Assembly: GCF_018350175.1 (NCBI RefSeq)
Contig: NC_058382.1
Span: forward strand, 52,702,001 to 52,766,000
From: Felis catus
Lineage: Eukaryota
Reading direction: 5' to 3'
DNA: 64,000 bases
Shown: piece after piece, positions 37,670-49,369 of the stretch
Position numbering within the stretch: position 1 is the first letter of the stretch
Layout: every line of letters starts with the position of its first letter
Program-made: the position numbers and the translations under genes
Notes under the pieces: model-generated
Database searches by the model: none
What the model saw: only the letters and a program-made list of their open reading frames with translations
What the model was told of the DNA's origin: nothing

Positions 37670-38310
37670 AACTCTCGGTGGGGGCCCGGGAAGACTTAGG
37701 GGACAGCCACCATCTCCAAGACTGTCTTCTGACGACAGCTGCAAATTTGGGGGTGGGAGACCGTTCCCCCCAAACACCCCCAGGCTTGATAGTGTGCCTG
37801 AAGGACTCAACAGAACACACCGAAAGCTGTCACATCCACAGTTATGATTTATTACAAGGAAAGGACACAACTTAAAAGCAACCAAAAGAGGAAGAGACAC
37901 ACAGGGCAGAGTCCAGGAACAGGGGCAAATGCGAAGCTTCCCGTGGTCCTCTCCCCATGACGTCAGGACGCGTCGCTCTGCCAGTATCCACGTGTGACAG
38001 TCTGCAGGGACAGACAGACAGGCAGCCATGGGCGCTCCCCTAAGACTCGGTGTTCAGAGCTTTTACCAGGGCTTCACCACGCAGGCATTATTGGTTGATT
38101 GATTGCCCCATAGTTGATGTCAGTTTCCAGGTCATCAGATACCACGTGATACAGCCCCCATCCCACCACATTGTTGGTCTTTCTGGAATGTTTCACCCCA
38201 CCGCTAAGACTATATGGGTCTGGTTGTCCCCACCCTAAACTGCCTTGTTGAGACTCTCTAACATGACCTAAGGTTCCAGACCAAAAAAACACACTCCTAT
38301 CAGGCACATA
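37670..38310 (-). mobile_element. MER21-like LTR
   Basis: GAAGGACTCAACAGAACACACCGAAAGCTGT...GTTATGATTTATTACA...GGGCAGAGTCCAGGA...CACTCCTATCA. Confidence 0.75.
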
Positions 38311-38565
38311 TTCTGCATATATGTAGTGATTTTTATTTTTAATTTGGAAAGCCTTTTACAGGCAGTGGATTCCACCTTCCCACTTACAGAGGAGGAGCTG
38401 AGAATCACAAGGTTAGCTCACGCCTTAAAGCTGATCAGGAAAAGTTAGACCAGGAGCTTGGGTGTCCCCACGTAGGGCACCATCAGGAAGCAAATGGCTT
38501 ATCAATCATACTAGAAGCAAGAACTTAACACTGATATTTTATTTGACTCAAAATATTTAAATCTG

Positions 38566-38786
38566 GGGGCGCCTGGGTGGCTCAGTTGGTTGGGCGTCCA
38601 ACTTCGGCTCAGGTCATGATCTCGCGGCTCGTGAGTTCGAGCCCCACATTGGGCTCTGTGCTGACAGCTCAGAGCCTGGAGCCTGCTTCGGATTCTGTGT
38701 CTCCTTTTATCTCTGCCCCTCCCCAACTTGTGCTCTGTCTCTCTCTGTCTCTCAAAAATAAATAAATGTAAAAAAAAATTTTTTTT
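38566..38786 (+). mobile_element. Can-SINE
   Basis: TSD AAATATTTAAATCTG at 38551-38565 and 38787-38801. Confidence 0.96.
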
Positions 38787-39605
38787 AAATATTTAAATCT
38801 GTAGAAAAAAAATATTCCACATCCAGGAGTCAAAATCCTCTTTCTTTTCCTCCTCTCTTTCTACCTTGTCCACTCTGGCTACACCCCACCAAACCAGCAG
38901 CATCGTGTTCATTTCTAGTACAGACTCTTCCAAAAAAAGGGACCGTTTTCTTCCGTGTGACCCCTTGATCTATCCTGCTAATGTTTTGCATGTGTCTTTC
39001 ATCATATGTAGTTGGGGCATTGTCTTTTCTTGGGCGTGAGAGACAACATAGCAACTGTTTCAGAAAATAGCTTTGGAAATGCCCCCACACGCACACCCTC
39101 ACAGGCACAAACTTTCAACTCACAGTGTGTTAACAGCTCTCATTTAGAAGTCTCTTGAGGGAAGAGTGACGTCTTGGTCTTTTCACGGAATCAGGTAGTT
39201 TATTGAGTGGACTTGGAGGAAATCAGTCGCGTGGACTTTCTTCCTCCAGAATAACTAGCTTTTGTCTGCTTCAGAAATGTTGTGGGGTGGGGTGGGACGA
39301 TTCAGGAGTTTCATAAATGATGACCTGGCCTGATTGTTACAAATTGCTATTCCATCTGGAAGAGTCTGTTCAGAGAACGGAGCAAGCTTGATGACCCTGT
39401 GCCTTCTGGCAGGATTTTGACCCGAGGTCCAGAATTGACAGGTGTCTTAGAAACTTTCAAACGCGGTTGGTTAGATGAATGTTACAATACTCTAGATCAG
39501 CAGTGCTTTTTTTTTTCTTTCTAAGTTTGCTTTTTTGGGGTTTGCTTCTAAAAGTGTGTTTGAAAAGTGGAATTTGTTGTCATCATTTCTATCAAGAAAT
39601 ATTTA

Positions 39606-39825
39606 GGGGTGCCTAGGTGGCTCAGTCAGTTAAGCGTCCGACTTTGGCTCAGGTCATGATCTTGTGGTTCATGGGTTCGAGCCCCGCTGTCCAGCTCTGT
39701 ACTGACAGCTCGGAGCCTGGAGCCTGCTTGGGATTCTTTGTCTCCCCCTCTCTCTGTGCCCCTCCCCCGCTTGCGTGCATGTGCTCGCTCTCTTTCTCTC
39801 TCTCAAAAATAAATAAACATTAAAA
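39606..39825 (+). mobile_element. Can-SINE
   Basis: TSD AAGAAATATTTA at 39594-39605 and 39826-39837. Confidence 0.95.
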
Positions 39826-40552
39826 AAGAAATATTTATTGACAAATTGAGGTAATGGCGTACTGGAGAGAATCCAAGTTTTGTAGTCAAAACATCTCACT
39901 TAAAACTTGTCTTTGCCACCTGCTCACCGGTTGTCTTTGTGTAAATTACTAAAAATTTCTGCACCCCAGATTCTTTCTCTGTAAAATCCTAGCATGGTTG
40001 TTAGGAGGGTGAGGAAGCAGATGTAGGTAAGATACATGTCACAGTCCTCTGGAGTGTTTAGGAAGTGTTGATTTCTCCCTCCAGTGTTCATCCAATATTT
40101 ATTAGTTGGTTTCTGTGTGGGTGCGTGTGTGCGCGCGCATGCGCGCATGGCGCATGTAACCATTTAAGCCTTTGACAAGCTTACAATCTGTTCATTCTAC
40201 AGGGTTTGCTACTTAAGGGTCAGTAAGTTTTGCTGTTATTTTAGGGCGATCTGTTTAAGTGTTCCTATCATACTTGGCGTTCATCTCTTTTAAACCTCTT
40301 TGTTGCAACGTGTTTCAAATGTTATGTGAACATGTATCTGAATGTGGCTATCCCTCTCATTAGCAAGGGGCTCTCCATGTTTATTTTTTAAGTAGTGAGT
40401 ACATTTCTCATCTATATCTTACAAAAACTGGGTCATCGGCTAAGCCTTGTGTACGTCATGTGACCAAGGCTGATCATTGCTGCCACTGGGTGGCAGCATA
40501 CCAGGATTGAGAAAACAACCCCTCACCTGCTCAAACTGTGAACATCCAGTTC

Positions 40553-40622
40553 TAAAATGGCATCAAAGTAAAATAAATACATAATAATAATAATAATAAA
40601 AAAGATAAAATGGCATCAAAGT
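40553..40622 (+). mobile_element. Tail-only retrotransposition scar (A-rich insert between 17-bp direct repeats)
   Basis: TAAAATGGCATCAAAGT at 40553-40569 and 40606-40622 flanking a 36-bp A-rich tract. Confidence 0.7.
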
Positions 40623-41304
40623 GGGATCCATGGTTCTCATGCAAAATGTGTTCATGAAGTTTGAGGGAAAACCTCTCAGGCAAATATGTCAATGAAGCCT
40701 GGGGTCATAATTACCTTGGGCAGTGTCAAGAAATGTCCTTATGCTACTAAAATCCCCTGCTTTAAGTTTTCCGCACCTTAACCAGGAACTCACCTGTGTG
40801 TGTGTTGTTTCCTGCTTATTTTCGCTGGGGAGCCACAACTGTTAAACACAGAGGGTAACATTTACGGGGAGGAGATGCACATCTTTAACATATCCGTGCT
40901 TCACAAACTGTAAGGAACTCTGGTTTCTCTACGAGAACCAGGCTTTCACACGTATCCTTTGCCAGAGACTTTAGAAGGGGAGCTTCCACCTTCAAGAGCT
41001 TTGGTGGTACTTCCTTTCTCTACGAGTATGACGGTACCGCTCACTTTTGGAGAGCGATGCTTTGGCCAACGACGAAGTGCTGGGCCGCAGGAAGGCATTC
41101 TGGCTCAAGCCCTGGTCCCGTCCTCGCAGGGTTTGGTCACTTCTCGCTTCCTTGATTTTTCGTTTGAGCATGCTCTTGCCCCCATCAAGAATGAAGGTGA
41201 GATATGGAGCTGTTTCAGACCAGGAATGTGGCTGGGCAGACAGAACCTGAACCTAGAAGAGAGCCGGGAAAGGGGTGGAGAAAAAAAGCTAGCAGTGGAT
41301 TATA

Positions 41305-41507
41305 AATATATTCTTTTTAATGTTTGTGTATTTCTTTTGGGAGGCAGAATGGGGGGGCAGAGAGAGAGGGAGACACAGAATCTGAAGCAGGCTCCAGGCT
41401 CCGAGCTGTCAGCACAGAGCCTGATGTGGGGCTTGAACCCACCAAGCGTGGGATCATGACCTGGGCCGAAGTTGGACGCTCAACTGAGTGAGCCACCCAG
41501 GCGCCCC
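41305..41507 (-). mobile_element. Can-SINE
   Basis: TSD TAGC(A/T)GTGGATTATA at 41290-41304 and 41508-41522. Confidence 0.95.
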
Positions 41508-42719
41508 TAGCTGTGGATTATAGATCCTACCATCGATTAAAAGGGAGGGAGATCACAGGTGCGGACAGACGGCCGTCCTTAAAGAGCACATTACAGAATG
41601 CTAAGAAAGTCAAGCATGGCCCGTTGCACTTAGTGTAGTTCTCCATAATTCCTTTCGGTTACTTAAGTTGTAAGTTCGGTTTGGGGACCATTTGTCTTTC
41701 AGCAGCACGATCACTTTAGAGGCATTTAGACACCTGGTTTCGCTCGTTTTGCAGAAAGCGAACATTCTCCTTTGCAGATGTTCTGTGGCTGCTGAACAGT
41801 TTGTCAGTCTCAGTCCGTTCCTTCCGCGGGACTGATAGGCGGCACGCGGCAGGGTGGCCATGGGCCGTCGTTAACGTGTCAGAACCCTGGAGGGCTGGTT
41901 GGTAATAGCTTGTGCCCAGCCTCCCTTGATCCAGCAACTGAAGGGTCACACCTGGCCTGGCAGAGGCCTGGGCTCCAGGGTGATGACTGTAAGAGCTCTG
42001 TCAGTTCTGAATGGCCAGGGGTCAAACAGGGCGGCTGCATCAGGAATGCTGGGCTGGGCTGGAGGCTGTTGCGTGACCATACGCCTGCAGCTCCTGCCCG
42101 CAGAAAGGGTAGGGTCTAGCCTGGATAAGAGAAAGCTGGACTAGTACTGACCATAAGGTGTGGGGGAGGGGAAGGATGTTTAACACAGGAAGTTCAAGGT
42201 ACCAGGGGAGTATCTGGCAGAGCAGCTCAGTGGCTGGAGAAGCATTAGACACAAACACCATGCAAGCCGCCGACTTCCAAAGCCTAGAGAGGTGGAGAGA
42301 GGTGTGGAGGAAGGAGCTTCAGGTCTAGCCCCTGCTGGGGCCCGGCTTGGGGCTCCGGACGTCCGCCCAGCTGCCTGGTGTTGCGTCTTCCTTCTCCACC
42401 CCCCTTGCCTTCCGGAAAGCTTTTGGGAACACCATTTTAGTTCCAGAAGCAACCTCTGGTTCTGGAAGAGTGTGAGTCTAGGCAGTAAGAGAGAGAGTGG
42501 CAATTTTGATCTTGCCCCCAGCGAGCTTGGAGAGCTTGGGGAAGACATTGCATCACTTCTCCGCATCTGAGTTTCCTCTTGTATGAAATGAGCTCTGTTT
42601 TGAGGGAAGAATGAGTGATCTCCTGCCTGTGAACAGGACTGTCAGTGCTGGGCCAGTTGTTCCTATGACACGGAAATCCCTCGAGAGTGAGCTTATTGGA
42701 AAGAACATAGATAGCCCTT

Positions 42720-42905
42720 CAGCCCTCAGTCCACTTTTTGTCTGGGTGACCTTGGGCAAGTCATTTAATTTCTCTGGGCTTTGATTTCTTCGTGTGTAAA
42801 AAGTCATACTCGCTGGGTTGTTTCAAGGACTATCTGCGATAATACACGCCAAGGCTTAGCAATGTGTTTGATACATAATTGACCACCAGGGAATGTTATT
42901 ATTTT
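42720..42905 (+). mobile_element. MIR
   Basis: GTGACCTTGGGCAAGTCATTTAATTTCTCTGGGC core. Confidence 0.8.
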
Positions 42906-43745
42906 ATTGTTACTTATATGTGTCTGCTTACATGTCTGTTTCCAAGTTCAGTGGAGGCAGAGACGAACATGCAGCAACCCTGACTCCCTGTAGGCACCCG
43001 GGCAATATTTGATACATGGGTCCTGGTTATTTGATGTCTGGAATCATGTGAACACTAGCGCTATGACCCCACGTGAGCTGACATTACTGTTTGCAGGTGT
43101 GCGTTCCCCTTTAAATCCAAATTGGAGAGAAGAAAGGTAATTAAGACATAATCATGAGACTTAATCAAGCACTTATTTGTTGACTGTTCTTGGTGCCTGG
43201 GTGTGTATCTTTTGTCTCTGATTTGAGTTTCATTTCAGTGCCCCAGTGAGGGGAAATTTGTCCCTTTGAATAAGTGTCTTTCTTTGGGAGACAGATTAAG
43301 TAGGGATTTCTCTTACTGTGTTTATTTTTATTTCTAACTCTGAAGCTCAGTGAATTATTCTTTTGCCAGATACTTACATATTCTTAGCCATCCCTTTTGC
43401 TTAAGCTTGCAGAGATTTGTGCTTAAAAGTGAATAAACTGTCTCAGTTGTGTGTGTGTGTGTGTGTTACATGAAGTCCTTCTAGAATCCATAAACAAACA
43501 AAAAAAAAATCATAGTCACAGATCCTGGATATTGTGGTCATCTAGACTTCAAAAGCCTTTTGTCCATATGTATTTACATAATGCACTCTGCATGTTTGAC
43601 TTTCATTAAAACCATGAGTTTAATAATAAAGTGTTTGGACATATGCTTTCCCGACCAGTTTTCTTGTTCTGAATATGTTTTCCCCCTTTGAAGTGAATGC
43701 TGTTTGTTTTTTTGGTGGTTCTTTTTTTTTTTTTTTTTTGTACAG

Positions 43746-43779
43746 ATATCTGATGCTTTTGAGGCCTGTTAAAATGGTG
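43746..43779 (+). other. Candidate 34-nt exon with Kozak-context ATG (host gene not identified)
   Basis: T18-GTACAG acceptor; GTG|GTAAAT donor; AAAATGG at 43771-43777; lies in a roughly 1.6-kb repeat-free block. Confidence 0.4.
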
Positions 43780-45114
43780 GTAAATACTTTTCCTAAATAG
43801 ATGAAATGTAAGAAATTTTGAGAAGGGTTTTCTTTGACTTACAGGGAAAAAAATAATAGGAAATCTGAAATGGTAGCACATTTGGTTCTCGTTCATCAAC
43901 AGTTTTATGGACCCGCATTGCTGTGTTTCTGTAATGTTGTGTATAAAACATGGTTTAAGCGATCATGCAGCCTCGGTCTTAGAAAATAAAAAGATATGAA
44001 CTTGAACCCGAGCTTCCCTGTCAAGAGAATTACAATGTGTTTCATCCCTAAGCTTCCTTCCAGTTAAATTTACAGTATTTCCCCCTAACAATAACAACAA
44101 CCCAAAGCATCCCTTGAAGTTGAAATGTTTCTTAAACTTCATATATACGCATGCACATAAATGTACTTCTCTGTATATACAGTGTATGGTCACATAACAA
44201 TTAGGTTCGATTTTGGGGGGATTTCCTCTTTGCTTTCAAATCGTTGCACAGAATATCCAAGTAGACATCGTGTCAAAATAATCAAAACGTATTTAACGCT
44301 CTCTCAAAAAATCCATTTAAGAATAAGTTCGTGGTTTGGGGGTGATTTTCAGACCATAAATTGAAGTGTAAATATTCAAATTATTTTCATAAACTCTTCA
44401 GTTCTGCTGGGCTTTTATGTTATCACACAGTGAATTTTTTGTATTTAACTTTTCTAGCAGTTCCCTTTTTTAAGAGCCTCAAGTGTCCCATAAAAAGCAA
44501 ATACTTGAATTTTCGGTTTCTAGGTACTGCATATTTTCCCTTCTGCTTGCCTTATTTTTATAACGGTGATTTATAAAGACATTACTAAAGAAAAGGAAAG
44601 AAGGATCTTGAGGAGGAACTGCTATATAACACTGCTTAAAAATCTATTTCCAGTGCTAAGGAAGAGAAAAAAAAAAATCCTGGCATCATATTACCATGTG
44701 ATCTGGGATCTGAGTGAGATGGCCATACCTTGAGTCATTATCTTCCAAAAATATTTATGGAGCCTCGTGGAGGAGGAGGGCAGGGTGAGGTTGCCAGACC
44801 GACTCTGTTTCCATTTCTGGGGGTGGGGGTCCGGGGGGTGCTGAGAGGGCAGCCAATGCAGCCAGCCCCTGGGGAAGAGCCATTGCAGACAAGACGGCTT
44901 TGGAAAGAAAATGGGAGGGTGAGGTTCCAAGGCGTCTGTAAAAGAGGACCAGAATCCGACTTCAGGGTATGCGGGACAGCTGAGGAAGGCAGGGATTCAG
45001 AACATGCTACCGCGTGAGAAATCTTGCTTGTCCCCCAGGATCTGGTCCATTTTTTCTTAGTGACAGAATTTTTCAAGGAGTACATGGTGGGTCTGCATAA
45101 GAATTCCACACCCT

Positions 45115-45232
45115 GGGGATCCTGCGTGGCTCAGTTGGTTAAGTGTCCAACTTCAGCTCATGTCATGTTCTCATGGTTCGTGAGTTTGAGTCCTGCCTCA
45201 GACTCTACACTGACAGTGCAGAGCCTGCCTGG

Positions 45233-45280
<48 letters not shown>

Positions 45281-45330
45281 CCTTCCCTCCACCCCTGTCA
45301 AAATATATAAATAAACTTAAAAAAAAAAAA
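45115..45330 (+). mobile_element. Can-SINE
   Basis: Diverged TSD AAGAATTCCACACCCT / AAGAATTTCATGTCCT. Confidence 0.92.
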
Positions 45331-45346
45331 AAGAATTTCATGTCCT

Positions 45347-45612
45347 AACTCCCCTTTTGGCTGTCTGTGACCATGTGACAAAGTTCTAGTCCATGGGATG
45401 CCAGGGAAGTTCTCATGCCTTCCTGCCATCTGGGATGCCACTGGGGCTGACAAGGGCACAGTGTTGTGAATGGAGGGAGCTAGGTGCCCCAAATCATATC
45501 ATGTCTAGGACTGATCATTCCAGGATTTATTTTTTTTTAATACAGACTTCTCTCAGATGGAAGGCACTACATTTTTGGGTTTTTTGTTAATTGCAGTCAA
45601 TCCTATTGAACA
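45347..45612 (+). mobile_element. Old MLT1 (I/J-like) LTR
   Basis: GACCATGTGACAAAGTTCTAG... ending TTTTGGGTTTTTTGTTAATTGCAGTCAATCCTATTGAACA. Confidence 0.55.
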
Positions 45613-45640
45613 AATTTATTGAGGACAAAGAATAGAATGA

Positions 45641-45843
45641 GGGGCACCTGGGTGGCTCAGTCAGCTAAGTGTCTGACTCTTGATTTCAGCTCAGGTCATG
45701 ATCTCACGGTTCGTGAGTTTGAACCCCAAGTCAGGATCCATGCTGACAGTGCAGAGCCTGCTTGGGATTCTCTCTCTCCCTCTCTCTCTGCCCCTGCCCC
45801 GCTCTCTTTCTCTCTCTCTGAATAACTAAAGAAACTTTAAAAC
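45641..45843 (+). mobile_element. Can-SINE
   Basis: Head, (CT)n, degenerate tail; ATAGAAT on both flanks. Confidence 0.92.
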
Positions 45844-46019
45844 ATAGAATAAAAAAATGTGTGAGTAAAGTGAAGGAGAAGGACTAATTGAAAAGCCCCA
45901 GGAAGATTCCGTGGTGCCTTCAAAACATCCAGCCCACCCTTGTTCGTTGAGTGCTCACTGTTCATATGTGGGTCACTGTTCTAGTCACCGAGAGGACAAA
46001 GGCAAGGTGAACAGCAGTT

Positions 46020-46240
46020 ACGTACAGCCACGGCTTTGCAGTGAATGATTTCTGGGTTGATACCCAGGCTCCATCTGTAACTAGTACCCTTACGGATCCG
46101 TGCATGTCACCGGCCACCTCAAGTTTCCTCATCCGTGAAATGGACATATAGTAATAACTACTTCCTGTGGTTGATGCGGACATCACGTGAGACAATGCCC
46201 ATGAAAGTTTCGCATAGTGACCAGCATGTGGTAGATGAGA
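46020..46240 (+). mobile_element. MIR
   Basis: CTGGGTTGATACCCAGGCTCCA...AGTTTCCTCATCCGTGAAATGG. Confidence 0.7.
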
Positions 46241-48107
46241 ACCTAGTGGATTTTCGTTTAAAAGCAAAACGATGGATTATTGCGTCAAGGAGCTTACAAG
46301 CTCACAAGGGAGACAGAGCTATAAGCACACGCGTGGTCCTCCGGCTCGGGAACCATGGGGAACTGGTAGGGCCCGGGAATACTGTGTGATGTGTGACCTG
46401 GGAGCCCAGTCAGGTGCTCTGGGAATAGGTAAGAGAGGCCCCCAGCCTGGACTAGAGGGAGCGGGAGTGCTCAGGGCGGTTCCCCTGTACTCTGGGACTG
46501 GAAGGGGGAGTGGGTGCCTGCCATGATGAGGGCGTGACAGGGGCAGGAGGATGACGGAAAATCCATGGTGCCAGAAATGGAATGTCCAGGTGTGCATGCT
46601 CAGAAGAGTTTGCTGGGCTGGGGCAGTCAGGTCAGTGAGTATCACTGGGCATCTGCTTTGGGGACAAAGGTGAGGATACGAACCTAATTAGGACGTGATC
46701 CTTGACCTTGAGAAGCCTATCGTCTAACAGAGGAGACAGATATGAAAATAATTAAGTGCAATATAGCACAGGGTGGGCAGTCACAGGACCCTCTACAGGC
46801 CTGGCTGGAATATTTCATTTTGTGTCTCGTTCTGTCCATCTGGGCAAGACACTGAAGGGTTCACAGAGGGAAGGACACTTGGGGAGAAGTTTCAAGGCAG
46901 TTCCAACTCGGCAATACCGTTTTGAGTTGCTGATGTGCAAGAGGCTTTCGCCCAGCCCTTCAAACAGAGAGGCGGCCCTTTTCCCGAACTGCTCACGCGG
47001 TGCTGTGTCAAACTCCCGGGGAACTAAGATGTCTGGATGGTGACAGAGCAGAGCGGTTTTTCTTCCACTGACCGGGCAGTGACCCGAGGCAGCCCTTGAG
47101 ACAGTCCCAGGTGCCCCGCGGCCGGTTTCCATCCACTCCGGCTTGTGTCTTCATATGGACACGGCCTATGTCTGGATAAGAACATGCTGTGTAAGGCAGT
47201 TCTTTTTCACTTCGCCCCTCAAAATGTGCAGACCGACGACCACAGATAGATCCCAGATGCCGTTTTCCTGCTCTCGCAAACCTTGAAATGGGCCCTGCCA
47301 GCAGGCACACCTGCCAAGGAAAATGCTCTCCTCGAAACGTTCCTGGCACCGTCTTCAAGAGGTGCCGACCAAGCGCTGGAATCGCTGACCTCCCGGAAAG
47401 AGAAGCCTGCAGCCGCGGCCTCCGGGGTGAATTCCCCCGACGGGAGGGCCCTGTGGAATTAGAACAGACTTGATCCACATCACAGAGAAGCTGGCCCAGC
47501 ACCCGTGGCCGGGGAAGCGGCGGTTTGTAGGAGGGACCTTCCCAGAAGGCGGATGACTCAGGTTGGCCCCCCAGGCACCTCCCGAAGACCAAACAGACAA
47601 GGTGAAGAGCAAGGAGGCACCGGGAAGCATCTGGTCCAGCCCTGTGTCCAGAAGACAGGTGTGAGGTTTATAATGTCAGCCGGAAGGAGAACACGGTGAG
47701 GGTTGAACTGTGTCCCCTTCCCTCTGGCTGAACCGTCAGCGTCCAAACAGTGGACCCCTTAACTGCCCCAACCTGGAAGGTCTGTGGGAACAAGACGCTT
47801 CAAACTCCCCGATAAGACTTTCTACAAAATACATAGGTGGGTTGGGAGAGCAGGGCTTGGTGGTTGGATGGCTTGGGCTAAGATAGGTTAGAGGCAGTCA
47901 CATGACCCGCTATGACTCATCGCCGGCCACACCCTGAGGCCCATGGCAAACGTGGTCAGAGGGTGGCATCTGTTTTTATGTGCCCAGCTCCCCCACCAGC
48001 TGCTGTGCAGGCCTCATCATGCAAGGTCATTTGTGGAGGAGCTCAAGTGCCCAAACCAGAAGTTTGAAAACTTATCTAGTTGGTGGTGGGGCCACAGCAG
48101 ATTTTTT

Positions 48108-48834
48108 TTTAAATTTTTTTTAACGTTTTATTTATTTTTGAGACAGAGAGAGACAGAGCATGAATGGGGGAGGGGCAGAGAGAGAGGGAGACACAGAATC
48201 GGAAACAGGCTCCAGGCTCCGAGCCATCGGCCCAGAGCCCGATGCGGGGCTCGAACTCGCGGACCGCGAGATCGTGACCTGGCTGAAGTCGGACGCTTAA
48301 CCGACTGCGCCACCCAGGCGCCCCACCGCCCCCACTTTATAAATTTTTTTATTTTTTTTTTCAACGTTTGTTTTTATTTATTTTTGGGACAGAGAGAGAC
48401 AGAGCATGAACGGGGGAGGGGCAGAGAGAGAGGGAGACACAGAATCGGAAACAGGCTCCAGGCTCCGAGCCATCAGCCCAGAGCCCGACGCGGGGCTCGA
48501 ACTCACGGACCACGAGATCGCGACCTGGCTGAAGTCGGACGCTCAACCGACTGCGCCACCCAGGCGCCCCACCGCCCCCACTTTATAAATTTTTTTATTT
48601 TTTTTTTCAACGTTTGTTTTTATTTATTTTTGGGACAGAGAGAGACAGAGCATGAACGGGGGAGGGGCAGAGAGAGAGGGAGACACAGAATCGGAAACAG
48701 GCTCCAGGCTCCGAGCCATCAGCCCAGAGCCCGACGCGGGGCTCGAACTCACGCGGGGCTCGAACTCACGGACCACGAGATCGTGACCTGAGCTGAAGTC
48801 GGACGCCCAACCGACTGCGCCACCCAGGCGCCCC
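48108..48834 (-). mobile_element. Head-to-tail trimer of SINEC_Fc-type SINEs within one TSD
   Basis: Units 48108-48324, 48344-48570 and 48590-48834; spacer ACCGCCCCCACTTTATAAA twice; TSD ACAGCAGATTTTTT at 48094-48107 and 48836-48849. Confidence 0.95.
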
Positions 48835-49369
48835 AACAGCAGATTTTTTAAATAGGACGATAACATGCCTATGTCTATAGCGGATGTCAAGGAAGAAGAA
48901 GCTGGAAGCTCAGAAAAAAGTTAGGAAGTTATGATTACATTTTAGTCTCTGGGAACCAGGAGAATGGTAGTCCATGGACAGAAATTCGGAAGGCAAGATC
49001 AGTAGCTGGAAGGTGGGGAGGTGATGAGTTTAATGGTTGACTTTTGTTATTTGTGGCATGTGTTCTTCTCACCTTTGAGTTCGGTCCTAATGCCTTGGAC
49101 TGCGTTCCAGGTGGCTACATGCAGTGGCCCATCCCTAGCAGGTCTTTCCGGGTCTATCCTGGATGGTTCTGAACCTTCTGAAGGTCCCCAGACCCAAGTT
49201 TCACATGGTCCCCCCAGGATGGGTAAGGATCTCACTATCCAGATCCCACTCCTCTGTAGGCTTACCTGCCCGGTGAGTAAATGAGGCCTGAGTAGTAGAT
49301 ACTGGCAATTAGTCAAAGTGGCCCACTGATTTTTTAACAATTAAAAGATTGGAATTAAAAGTCAGCCCA

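Noticed and set aside
48325..48589. Repeat-spacer periodicity reminiscent of CRISPR
   Set aside because: Eukaryotic SINE units with identical spacers and no cas genes
47943..48791. 282-aa ORF with repeated RQRETEHE...RIGNRLQ blocks
   Set aside because: Antisense read-through of the SINE trimer; it stays open because the 246-bp period is a multiple of 3. No other sign of coding function
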